NCBI GenBank assembly: GCA_950097015.1
Contig: CATNEN010000001.1
Coordinates: 19,902,001-19,966,000, forward strand
Direction: 5' to 3'
DNA length: 64,000 nt
Origin: Macrostomum hystrix
Lineage: Eukaryota; Animalia; Platyhelminthes
The notes below the pieces were generated by a model. That model was not told the origin of the DNA. It was given only the letters and a program-made list of their open reading frames with translations, and ran no database searches. A program made the position numbers and the translations under genes. Positions within the stretch are counted from its first letter, which is position 1, and every line of letters starts with the position of its first letter. This document shows positions 23,967 through 35,152 of the stretch, piece after piece.

Positions 23967-26900
23967 ATGGACGACTGCCCTGTCTGCAATGCCGCAGTTG
24001 CGAAGAAGAATATCAGAAGGCACTTTGCTAGACAACATTCTGATTTCATTTCGAGTTTCGACTGGAGCGACATACCTGCAGATATGCGAGCCGCAGCGAA
24101 TGCGTCGGCTGATGCCAAGGCAAATGCTGTATGGAAGGTCCTCATACTCCGTCGGAAGGGAATTGATGTACTATACAAGCATTGTCCATATTGTGGTAAA
24201 TGTGTGCGGCAACTCAGCAAGCATATCGCACGACCTTGTAAAAGTAAACCGGCAATTACAGAGGCAGCAAATGCAACCCTTTCGTCAGGTGAGAGCGACG
24301 ATTCTTCGTCTGATTCGATTGACGCGGGTGCAAAAATTGAGCTGCCTATTGTCGTGTGTGCGTCGTCTGCGGGATCGTCTTCTGCTGGACAGTCCACTGC
24401 TGTACGCATTACCAACAGTGCATCGTCTGTCATACCGTCTACTTTAGTAGCACCGGTGTTGGCTAGTTTCGATCGTGCCGGACCATCTTACACGGCCGAT
24501 ATTGTCAGTCACGACATCGAGCGACTGCAAAACGAAACGAGTACGATGCCAGAATTCAATAATGCCAACGACAATGTGGCAGCGATCAGTAAGTGGTCTA
24601 AAATATTGTTGTACATGCCTTTAAATTTTTAAATTTACACATAAAGACAAAAAATAATCAACAAATATTTATAACTTTCCTGTCAAACAGAATTTATCAA
24701 TGGACTGCGTCTGAATGCGGCCGGCCTCAACGAGATTCTGCAGAAAGCCCACAACGCTGAGCATCCGCGCGTGTGTACTAGCTTGCAGAATCTGGTCAAT
24801 CTGACAGAAGCAATTCTCCAGTATACGTCAGACTATGTTCCGGTCGGAGTCACCAATGCTGTCAGTCATCGACAAGCAGAGACTCAGACCTCTAAATCTG
24901 ACGTGGAAAATACTGATGATTCTGTCAGTGAAGAGGAGCTTGTATTGCAACGGAGGCACAAGACGTCTCGGCTTGTTGTTTTCGACGGCCCAGACTACCA
25001 CGTTGCATCTGAACACATGTACAAGCAACTAGACAATGTCGGCGACATCTGGTTCAAGGGTCATTGCTGTGTAGAAGAGAACGCATCGCATGTTAGCCGT
25101 AGGAAAGCAATCCAGCGGAACTATCATGCTACAACTAGTCGTCTCCTACACGCAATCAATGTCACAGTCGAGATGTGGTTCATCAATCCAGCGCGCATCC
25201 AATTCGATCTGGACGAGATGGTGAAGCGCCATATCTGGAAACCATCGACTGTTGGACAGCGAATGAACGAGCTTCATAACATATTGAGCGGCGCGAAGAA
25301 GTTTCTAGCAGCCAACAACGACTTCGGTGCTCCTAGTGTTATGAACGCGTTCCAATTGACCTCGCCACCAGATGGATTGTTTGCCAACGTGCATGCCGAC
25401 ATTGTCAAGGCCGCGTCAGAATTGCCTGCCTGTCCTGACCCGCGCAAAGATGGTATTCTCTATCATCAGACTGCAGTATCTGGTCTGTTGACTAGCCGCA
25501 TCGAATCAATCATGGTGAGCAGTGTTGTTGTGTCGCATATTGTATACTATGTTAGTTGATATATCACGAACAATTGTAGAAGCTACTGCATGTACTTTCT
25601 CTTTCATAACCCTTTAACATGTACAGGCTTGCATTGGATTGATTCGTCAGCGGCAAGAGAATATCTATCACCTGCGCGATGACGAACGCCAGCTGTCCTA
25701 CACGGATAAGTTCCTGACCGCTGACGAATGGCGCATCATTCACAACCGGCTAGACTGCCTGATTGATATGGTCGCCAAACATTCGTGGTCTCATCTACCC
25801 GTGAAGGGCTACTGGGGTCGCATTGGACAATGTGCACGTCGAATGGCCAACGTCGTCGGCAAATGGAATACATTTATTATGCCGATCACGCGTGAACTGG
25901 CCTTCTTCTGTGCAGCAATTGTCCATGCCAATCGACTACGTCCTTGGGTCGCGATCCGGCGTTGCTATTTGGATGCTGCACTCAATAGCGGCGTATCAAC
26001 GTCCTCCACCATTGTCACAGTCCTGCCGCCTACCGAAGTGGCACACAAAAAGGGCGGTCGTGGTAAAGGTGCAAGCTGGACTGCGCCACGCAAAGTCGGC
26101 GAATGTCTACTGCAATGGATAGACAACTTTCTATTGCCATACTTCGCCGAGTGCAACATCCATGTCAGGCCAGGCAAATGTCTGCTGTTTCCTACGCATC
26201 GTGGCAAGCAGCGTGACTCGACAAGTTTCAGCACGCTTGTCAAGCAGGGCGCCGAGTTGGTCATCGATCGGCCCTATCGCATGGGCGATGGTCGTCGAAA
26301 TGTACTGTCGGCCTATGTGCACGCGCATCCCGACAAGCTAGACCAGCTGGTGCCTCTGTACGACACATCGCGCAACTGTGTCGTGAATGCGTATGGACGC
26401 CTGGCCAAACAGCAGGCCAATCTGATGGTCGCCGACGACGTCAGAGGATGCTTCGAGACATTCTGTCACAATCGGCCACTTGATCGTCGACATCAACGAC
26501 ATCCAACAGCCGAAAACGACACGAAGCGTCGTCGCTCTGCCGCCTGTAGCGTTGATCTGGACGCAACCAATTCATCGGCTGCATCTCCTCTACCTGCTGA
26601 TGACATTGTGATGCCACATAGTCAACGCACACGCAAGCGACGCACTCGACGGTCGTCCATTTGCAAGGCCACTGACAAGAAGCGACCTCGAATGTCGACA
26701 ATGCGACCCGCTACGGTTAGTCCTAGATGTTCAACAACGGACAACACCGAGTCGACAAAGCCGGCCATCGATTCAGCAACACCATCGCCTATTTCGTCTA
26801 CATCGTCTAGACGACGCAGTCTTAGTCAACCGCCGATGTTTGGAGCATCGGCTGGACAAGGCAACGTTCACGACGATATCGACGAAGAAGGTGATGATGG

Positions 26901-27027
26901 TGAACAACAGCACGTCAGCAATGACAATGAGACCAGCTCGGATTCTGAGCTACTCATGGTTCGTCGAACGGAATACAGGACGCGATCTGGGCGCCTGATC
27001 AGTTCGAGAACTAGACTGGACATCTGA
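23967..27027 (+). CDS. Zinc-finger/tyrosine-recombinase-like protein, 948 aa (exons 23967-24588, 24691-25514, 25627-27027)
   Basis: Both GT..AG introns (phase 1 and phase 0) join three ORFs in frame. N-terminal C2H2 and C2HC fingers. YR-like motifs NRLRP, HKK, LLFPT..GK, GDGRR and YDTS...NAY in the expected order and spacing. C-terminal TRSGR. Confidence 0.75.
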
Positions 27028-27429
27028 ATGCTCATATTGTCCCAGTCGTGTCATCTGAATTTATATGTGCTGATTGTCTGATTTGCCAAACTATTATCAA
27101 TTATCAATTGTGTCAATTGTGATACCCCCACTAATACCCGTCCCTTTACAACCGAGAATCTCATATGTTCTGTTTGTTGCTCTCTTATATATTGTTAAGA
27201 TGCTAATGATTGTCAACACTGTGATTATTTCGTTAGTAATTAAATAAATTGACAAATGAAATCATTTGATTATCATCTGATTAAACTGAGATTAAACTAT
27301 TCTCGTTTTCTTAAAAGCCGAAGATACACGAAAAAATCATTCGTGATTATTGACAATTAGCAGAGAAATATACTAAATTTGTCGATGGTAAAAAAGTACA
27401 AGTCACTTTGTCTGAGAATACGTATCTAC

Positions 27430-28040
27430 ATTCGCGAAAATACCATAATATGTAGCCATGCACACTACTTTAAGAACTTTTGCAAAAATACCGCCAACTA
27501 CCTGCGTTTAATAGCATAACAGTATTTTCGCGAAAATACCTTAAGATGTAGCCATGCACACTACTTTAATAACTTTTGCAAAAATACCGCAAACTACCTT
27601 TACTACCTGCGTTTAATAGGATAGCAGTATTTTCGCGAAAATACCATAATATGTAGCCATGCACACTACTTTAAGAACTTTTGCAAAAATACCGCCAACT
27701 ACCTTTGTTTAATAGCATAGCAGTATTTTCGCGAAAATACCTTAAGATATAGCCACGCATATAACCTACTTAATTAATAACTTTTGCAAAAATACCGCCA
27801 ACTACCTGTGTTTAATAGCATAACAGTATTTTCGCGAAAATACCTTAAGATGTAGCCATGCACACTACTTTAATAACTTTTGCAAAAATACCGCAAACTA
27901 CCTTTACTACCTGCGTTTAATAGGATAGCAGTATTTTCGCGAAAATACCATAATATGTAGCCATGCACACTACTTTAAGAACTTTTGCAAAAATACCGCC
28001 AACTACCTTTGTTTAATAGCATAGCAGTATTTTCGCAAAA
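27430..28040. repeat. ~100-bp tandem array with TTTTCGCGAAAA and TTTTGCAAAA palindromes (array 1)
   Basis: About six units of cagtattttcgcgaaaatacc...aacttttgcaaaaataccgc. Confidence 0.93.
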
Positions 28041-28368
28041 ACAGACACTATTTTTCATTTACAAGTATTCAATATAGTACATATTGTCTTTTCGCGAAAA
28101 AACTCATTCGTGAGTTTTGGCAATTTACAGAAATACACTAAATTTGTCTATGGTAAAAAGTCACTTTGTCTGAGAATACGTATCTGCATTTGCGAAAATA
28201 CCATAAGATGTAGTCACGCTACTTTTGCAAAAATACTGCCCTTACCTTCGCGAAAATACTGTATTTACTTTCCATTTAGAACTCTGCTTCCTATTCTAAT
28301 TCTACTTCTGCTAGTGTTAGACGCGCTGCTGTTGCACTCACGACATTGTTGGTTGTGTAGAACTCACG

Positions 28369-28788
28369 ATGAATACGCATCCTGTGGCGCTGTTCGGCTC
28401 GCCGGCCACCGTGGCACTCCTGGCCAGATGCGACATCGCCTGTCTGGCCCCGTTCCTGACTTACCGAGGACGATTGGAGCAGCTAACCTGCCTGCAGCGC
28501 CACTGCCCGACTGCTGAGCTGAACGTCACCCAGCTGCACACCCTGATGAAGAGCCTCCTGGACTGGCTGCTACAACACAAGACAGCTGCGGGCTACGAGA
28601 CCATCCTGGAGGTGACCTGCCTAACAGAGAACGAGGCCTTCGACTTGGCCGAGCTGCTAGGCCTGCTGGAGGACACATGTTTGGAGCTGCAGCACATTCT
28701 ACACGGCCTGGACTACTGGCGCGGCGTACAGCAAAGGGCTAGACTGCGAGAGTTGCTCCGGAGCCGCCGATATCGAATTGAGCAGTAA
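28369..28788 (+). CDS. 139-aa helical protein of unknown function (paralog A1)
   Basis: ATG-initiated, GC3-rich codons, alignable along its length to 33565-33945. Confidence 0.8.
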   Translation: MNTHPVALFGSPATVALLARCDIACLAPFLTYRGRLEQLTCLQRHCPTAELNVTQLHTLMKSLLDWLLQHKTAAGYETILEVTCLTENEAFDLAELLGLLEDTCLELQHILHGLDYWRGVQQRARLRELLRSRRYRIEQ

Positions 28789-29099
28789 CAGCAGCAGCAG
28801 CAGCAGCAGTAGCAGCACTAGTTTTAGGTAGACTTAATACAGCTAATTGTAGTTTCCTGTTCGCCGTTTAATTTATGCCAGCTATTTATTTAACCCAATT
28901 AATTCGCTCAAGCAAAAATACATGAGTGAACCTGTTGCAAGTTGTATTCGCGGCATGAATAATAATAAAATATAATGAAGTCAAGTCATATTTGGTTATT
29001 GATTACCATTAGATATAGTCATCATGAATACTTAAAGTACTTTCGCAAAAATATTGTCTTCTTATTGTCTTCAACCGCCGCATTATCGCCGCATGTCTG

Positions 29100-29402
29100 C
29101 ATTCGCGATAATACCATAAGATGTAGCCATGCACACTACATTAAGAATTTTCGCAAAAATACCGTCAACTACCTTTGTTTAATAGCATAGCAGTATTTTC
29201 GCGAAAATACCAAAGATGTAATCATGCACACTACTTTAAGAACTTTTGCAAAAATACCGCCAACTACCTTTGTTTAATAGCATAGCAGTATTTTCGCGAA
29301 AATACCATAAGATGTAGCCATGCACACTACTTCAAGAACTTTTGCAAAAATACTGCCCTTACCTTTGTTTATAGAGCATATCAGTATTTTCGCGAAAATA
29401 CT
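29100..29402. repeat. ~100-bp palindrome array 2
   Basis: About three units of the same repeat. Confidence 0.9.
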
Positions 29403-29601
29403 ATATATGGAAATAGCTTAGACCCAGTTGACGATGCCTGTCTATGTCTATGTGTCTGACTGCTGCTCTGTACAGGATATGAGCAGTGCTAGGTAAATAT
29501 ATGCGCGCGCGCACGCAAATCGATAATTAAAATTCAGCCACAACGAACACTCTGTCGATTATTCAGCAGGCTAGCCAGCGAACGACTATATTTAAGCTGC
29601 A

Positions 29602-31095
29602 ATGGAAGACAACAACGGACTCCGCTTCTGCCATTTCTGCGGCCAGCAAATCCGCGCCAATATGATGCGAAGACATTTTATAGAGGCGCATAAAGCTGTC
29701 CATGCCGAATTTGACTGGACAGTCCTACCTGTTGGTCAAAGGCCATCGCTATTCGCGTCGGTTAAGGAGCGTGGAAGTGCCGTCTGGAAGATGCTGCAAC
29801 TACAGCGGGCTGGTGTGGATGTCGCTGCCGGTGGACGTGTGCTAGCGTGTCCGCATTGCAACAAAATAACGTCCAACATGTTGCATCATCTATATAGATG
29901 TAAGCGGAATCCGCAGCGTCGCGTCGGTGGCCAACCAGCTCAGCCAGTGGCAGTGGCGGGAGCAGCGGCAATGGGCGAAGTGGTCCAGCTTGAACAACTG
30001 GATCCACTACCAGCTGTGGTCGGCGAGATTGTCGACTATATGCACGAGCGCTACATTGCCCGTCGACTGCCAGCAGCAGAGCAGCCAGCAGCAGAGCAGC
30101 CAGTAGCAGAGCAGCAAGTAGCAGAGCAGCCAGCAGCAGAGCAGCCATCAGCAGAGCAGTCAGCAGCAGAGCAGTCAGCAGCAGAGCAGCCAGCAGAAAC
30201 TATCATCATAGAAGATAGCGCAGCTGAATCAGGCATCATCTATGCAACAAGTACTGACGAGCCTGCTGAACATGTGAGCCAAGCGGACAGCGTGTCAATT
30301 GGATCAGTACGGCATCCAATTTGTACATCTACTCCGCTTAATCACAATGCGATTGAAGCAGCAGCAGAAACAATCCAATCGGATCACTCGCCAGTACCAT
30401 CGCCATCAATGCCAATGTTGCAAATTGAGCCAATCGGATCACCAGCGATGCCTATGTTGCCGATTCCAACTGTCGAGGTGCCGTATTTCGTTCCGGTGCC
30501 GCTACCTGTTTTTATTCCTGTCTGTGCGCCAAGAGTAACAACAGCGACAGTTGGTGTCAGTGCACAAAACGGTGTGACCGATGTTTCAATCGAAGCCAAT
30601 GTCAGCACGCAGTCAGTGTGTATTGGTACATCATCCGGTCACGGTGATGACATTGAAATGGCGCAGATTCTGCTCGACTTGATGCAACCTGCCGCTATGC
30701 AATTTCTGTCTACCAATACGGATTGTGTTGCTGCTGCTGCTGGATCGGATTTCGCTGCCCATTCCGAAGCAAGTCACATCGATGACATGTTTGATGTCGC
30801 AATGGAGATCATCATTGCTGATGTCAACAACGATTCGGATGAACAGTTATCTGATGTGACAGTGCCGCAAGGAGATGCCGATGCCGCAGCAGAATTGGTT
30901 CTGACCGCCGACCTTGACGACGATGTCGCAATGTCAATAAGTGATGTGCAGTCATCGCAATCGACTATACCTGCGACTGATGCTTTGCATGCATCTAGAC
31001 GCTCGTATTGTATATGCACACACAATATATTGACTACGACAGTGTCAAGACACGGCCGATTGATCAAGACGCGACAATGTCTGTGCGGCAATTGA
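29602..31095 (+). CDS. 497-aa double zinc-finger protein with acidic low-complexity body; recombinase-less paralog of 23967-27027
   Basis: CHFC..RRHFIEAH..FDW..AVWK..GVDV..CPHC..HLYRC aligns with the N-terminus of the YR-like protein. AAEQP repeats. C-terminal SRHGRLI parallels TRSGRLI. Confidence 0.82.
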   Translation: MEDNNGLRFCHFCGQQIRANMMRRHFIEAHKAVHAEFDWTVLPVGQRPSLFASVKERGSAVWKMLQLQRAGVDVAAGGRVLACPHCNKITSNMLHHLYRCKRNPQRRVGGQPAQPVAVAGAAAMGEVVQLEQLDPLPAVVGEIVDYMHERYIARRLPAAEQPAAEQPVAEQQVAEQPAAEQPSAEQSAAEQSAAEQPAETIIIEDSAAESGIIYATSTDEPAEHVSQADSVSIGSVRHPICTSTPLNHNAIEAAAETIQSDHSPVPSPSMPMLQIEPIGSPAMPMLPIPTVEVPYFVPVPLPVFIPVCAPRVTTATVGVSAQNGVTDVSIEANVSTQSVCIGTSSGHGDDIEMAQILLDLMQPAAMQFLSTNTDCVAAAAGSDFAAHSEASHIDDMFDVAMEIIIADVNNDSDEQLSDVTVPQGDADAAAELVLTADLDDDVAMSISDVQSSQSTIPATDALHASRRSYCICTHNILTTTVSRHGRLIKTRQCLCGN

Positions 31096-31393
31096 TTTCA
31101 TTCAATTCAATTGGCTCTGCGTGCAACTCGGATTGGGCATCTTTGACCGTCTACTGGCTGATTGGCTGGCTGGCTGGCTTGCTGAATAATCGACTGACTC
31201 ACTTATAATAAATTCAGACTGAACTTGATTTAATCGATTGATTTAATATACGTTGATATAAGAATAAACTAAAAAATATATACTTTTATGCGATTTGATT
31301 CCACTACTGTCTATTTTTATTACATAAATTTTAGTTTTAAGTCTACTTCATTATTCTCAGGTTTTGCGCAATATAAATACAAACATAATATCT

Positions 31394-32680
31394 CAGACTG
31401 ATCGATTACGATTACGTCGGTCTTGTAATAAGTCTCAACGCCAATGTCCATGACATAACCACCAGTCAGTTCATATTATTTTAAATGATAAAATAAATAA
31501 CCAAGATAAGAAGGCGTGTACTATTACCGATTAAACAAATAACAAACACTAAATTATTAAAATATTTATATTTTAAAGCGAATGACCGGGTGCAGAGCAT
31601 GCTGACTGCTCACATTGCCATTAGGCCGCACGTTAGCCATCTGAAAGCATTCAGAAAAAAGCTGAAATCTGACTAACTTGCGGCCAAGTGGCAATGTGTG
31701 AGCAATAGCCAGCTGATATCTTAGCAGCTTCAGTTGAAGGACGCGAAAATACATTATACTGTTCAACCAGTATGTGACATGTCGCAGTATGTGAACCACT
31801 GAACCGTCACACCGAATCACTATACACTACAATACCATAGCAGTCCTGTGTATTTATATTTTGAAACACGGGGATGTCCGGGTGCAGAGCAGGGCTGACT
31901 AATGCTCACATTATCATCGGGCCGTACGTTAGCCAGATGAAAGCTTTCAGAAAAAAACTGAAATCTGGCTAACGTACGGCCTGATGGTAACGATGGCTAA
32001 CGATACTGTCTTCCACAAAAGCCTTCTTACCTTTTTACCACTGGCACAATATGCACAGATCTCAAGTAGTCAACGATCATAGTCGTTTTGACTTAAGAAT
32101 ACGTATGTACTTTCGCGAAAAAAAAGTTGGCAGTGCGCAAAGACTAATTATAGATGAAATCTCTGGCTATATTCGCGAAAATACCATAGATATAGCCGCG
32201 CTACTTAAAAAACTTTTGCAAAAATACTGCATACAATATGAATTATATGCAGCCGTTTTTTTGTCTATGGCCAAAAACGTCTGACTGTATTTTCGAAAGA
32301 AAAAATGTGGATACGAAGAAAAAAAATCGCGAAAAAATCGAGCTGTACCAAGCAGATATGTCTTTGGTAAAATACGCACAATTTAATGCACTACATACCT
32401 ATAGTCTGCACGTTTTAATAGTGCATCTTGGCATATCTAGCAAGACGTAAGCGTATAATAATTTATTCGTTGTTTGTACTTTACTTTTTTAAACGAATCC
32501 GTTTTTATTAATATTTTCTTACATGAGAAACTTGTATAAACTTTACTTGAAATTATATACCAGACTGATCGATTACGATTACGTCGTTATTGTAGTAAGT
32601 CTCATCGCCAATGTACACCACATAACCAACAATCAGTTCATATTATTTTAATGATAAAATAAATAACCAAGATAAGAAGT
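31394..32680 (+). repeat. ~125-bp direct repeats (31394-31515 and 32561-32680) enclosing two hairpin-forming ~100-bp repeats
   Basis: cagactgatcgattacgattacgtcg...aataaccaagataagaag occurs twice. ccgggtgcagagca...ggcc occurs at ~31586 and ~31878. Confidence 0.85.
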
Positions 32681-32767
32681 TATGTATTTTGAGAACTATG
32701 AAACTATTTTAATAACAATTTTAAGCTTATTTTATTTACAAACAATAACAGAATTAATGCAAGATTG

Positions 32768-32908
32768 TCAGGGACTGATTGGGCAGATAGTCAGGGACTG
32801 ATTGGGCAGATAGTCAGCGGCTGATTGGGCAGATAGTCAGCGGCTGATTGGGCAGATAGTCGGACTGATTATAGCACACCAGATAGTCGGACTGATTATA
32901 GCACACCC
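32768..32908 (+). repeat. 23-bp tandem repeat (cagggactgattgggcagatagt) x4 plus a related duplication
   Basis: Direct repeats visible. Confidence 0.9.
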
Positions 32909-32979
32909 GGCTGCGGGATGAAAGATGGGTTTTAGGTTTCATTTAGTTTGTTAGCTCAGATGTTACCATGCATATGTGT

Positions 32980-33276
32980 TCATAAATATTCAAATGAAAG
33001 GAATCGAAATCTACTACTCACATAAGGATCCAGCCCTGCCGCTATGCGGCGGGCCCGGGCCATGCGGACCATGGCCGCCCGGACCCGCCGCATAGCGGCA
33101 GCCATCTCGGCCTCCTTCCCGCGACGTCCCGGCGTCCAGGCCTCCGCTGCCGCCACTGCTGTCGCTGCATCCATCGCTGCTCGCAATGCGCTTTCCAATT
33201 CGGCCGCAGCGGAGGCCAGTACGTGTTCCCGGAACGCCGCGGTGAAGGAGGGAAATTTGTTGCTATTGTTGCTCAT
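32980..33276 (-). CDS. Small Ala/Arg-rich helical protein, probably spliced after codon DPY
   Basis: ATG-initiated GC-rich ORF in an AT-rich context, with a GTGAGT donor at 33021. Downstream exon not identified. Confidence 0.55.
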   Translation of the reverse strand: MSNNSNKFPSFTAAFREHVLASAAAELESALRAAMDAATAVAAAEAWTPGRRGKEAEMAAAMRRVRAAMVRMARARRIAAGLDPYVSSRFRFLSFEYL

Positions 33277-33564
33277 GTCCGTGCTGTGTCGCTCGCTATC
33301 CTGTAGCTTCTGTCCGTATGGCGTTGGTTGTGGGCTGATTTCTTGGCCGAGAAAGATTTCTTGTTCTTAATACCCAGACTGGCCTGTATTCATTTGATTT
33401 GTCTGTGGACTGACTCACCTGTGTTCGATAAAATATACTCTATGGGGGCTTCTTATCGCATTAATATTAATATTAATATATCGCTTCTTATTAAACGATT
33501 AAAGTTTAGAATTTTTTTTAACAAAACTATTTTTTGCTTTACTTGATTTACTAACTGACTGAAC

Positions 33565-33945
33565 ATGTCGTTCATTGCCCATCAGATGCAGTTAGTACAA
33601 ATGTATCTTCAGCCGCGCGTATTTCAACTCTTTCTCAGCTGTCGCATAGATTGCATTGGCCGGTTCATAGCGCATCGAGGGTGCTTCGAGCAGCTACCTA
33701 GTTTGCAACGCGGTGTTCCAAATGCAGAGTACAACGCTAATGAGCTATGTTTATTATTACGGCGCACTCAACAATGGCTGCAAAAGCACCGGTCAGCAGA
33801 AGACTATCAGGCTGTCTTGTCCGTGACTGGTGTAAGAGACGATGAAGCACAAGACATCATCGAAGTGCTAGAGCTTTTAGAGGAAGCCCAAGCTGAACTT
33901 CAGCTCATCATACATGGAGTTCGCTATTGGTACATCGAACAATGA
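33565..33945 (+). CDS. 126-aa helical protein of unknown function (paralog A2)
   Basis: Shares C.I.C...F...RG..EQL..LQR..P.AE.N, WL..H..A..Y...L.VT.....EA.D..E.L.LLE....ELQ.I.HG..YW and terminal IEQ with A1. Confidence 0.8.
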   Translation: MSFIAHQMQLVQMYLQPRVFQLFLSCRIDCIGRFIAHRGCFEQLPSLQRGVPNAEYNANELCLLLRRTQQWLQKHRSAEDYQAVLSVTGVRDDEAQDIIEVLELLEEAQAELQLIIHGVRYWYIEQ

Positions 33946-34458
33946 ATGCTGTAAAATACAGAATTTATATGCAGAATTTTATGTATTATAGTTTACACGT
34001 TTATTTTTGCTCTCGCGACTTTGCAAATCAGACTAATTGTAGAATGGCACGATTATTTGTTCAACCAATGAAATTCTATATATATTTATACTCTATATGT
34101 ATTGGTGAAATTTAATAAAAACCGTATTAATAATTACCGGTTGACTACCTGCACACATCTGTGTTCGCGTATTAATATTTTATTACTGACTGATCTCATC
34201 AGTCGTCTGATTATGATTAATGGTAAACGCGACAATATATTGTCAATAGTGACGGCAAACTCTTATGCTTTGAATATACCACGTGAAGGTGAACGAGAGC
34301 TAGTGTATATAAAAGTACTTTAAAACATTTGCAGGCATCATGAACTGTCGATTTTAAATACTCTGATGTATGAATCAAATACATGAAACTTCTAATTATA
34401 TTAATCAGTTAATTAATTTCATTATAAGCAATGGCAACAGTGCTTAACAAAACAATTG

Positions 34459-34917
34459 CTACATGTCATTCAAATCTGGGTTATTTGCAGCACGATTGGC
34501 ATCGCCGCGCTCTCTTTCAGTGCCAGTGCCGCCATTGTTACTGTTGCTGCTGCTGCTGCTTATAATTGGTGACTGTATATCGGTCACTTGCGCATGCTGC
34601 GGCAGTTGCAATTGGCCGGCTAAATCACGTGTCGGATTGGCGTTCACAATTCCAAATCTCTGATTGTAAATGCGCACGACACCTGGACGATGCAATACGT
34701 ACTGAACACGTTGACGTGAAGGCAGAATAGCAAAATCCGAGTCTGAACTACTATCCGAGCTGTGCCTTCGTCGACGTCGCTCAGTGCCAATCACGACATC
34801 TGTGCTGCTACTGACGGTAGGGCACGAGATCGGTTTGTCGTTGCCAGAGTTGTGATCCTCTCTGTCGATATCTCGATCTCGATCTCCGCCATTGTGCCGC
34901 CCACCCAGTGATGACAT
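34459..34917 (-). CDS. 152-aa mostly disordered protein with basic cluster (RRRRRH) and Ser/Asp tract
   Basis: ATG-initiated GC-richer ORF bounded by AT-rich flanks. No recognisable domain. Confidence 0.55.
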   Translation of the reverse strand: MSSLGGRHNGGDRDRDIDREDHNSGNDKPISCPTVSSSTDVVIGTERRRRRHSSDSSSDSDFAILPSRQRVQYVLHRPGVVRIYNQRFGIVNANPTRDLAGQLQLPQHAQVTDIQSPIISSSSSNSNNGGTGTERERGDANRAANNPDLNDM

Positions 34918-35152
34918 GTTGTAGTTTTTTTTATTTGAAACAATAATTAAGAATCTAAAATGTGTAAATAAGTTACGCCACTTACCTTAGTAAAGTAACC
35001 AACTAAAAACCCTATTGCTAGTCTATGGTAACAAGCTTGCTGATAATCTTATGTGATTGGGAATATGTAATCAATGCAGTTGAAACTTTGGACAATTAAT
35101 GAAGTAAATAAAACAAGTTCAACATTTTAAATACTGCCCCCATTGTCTCGCC

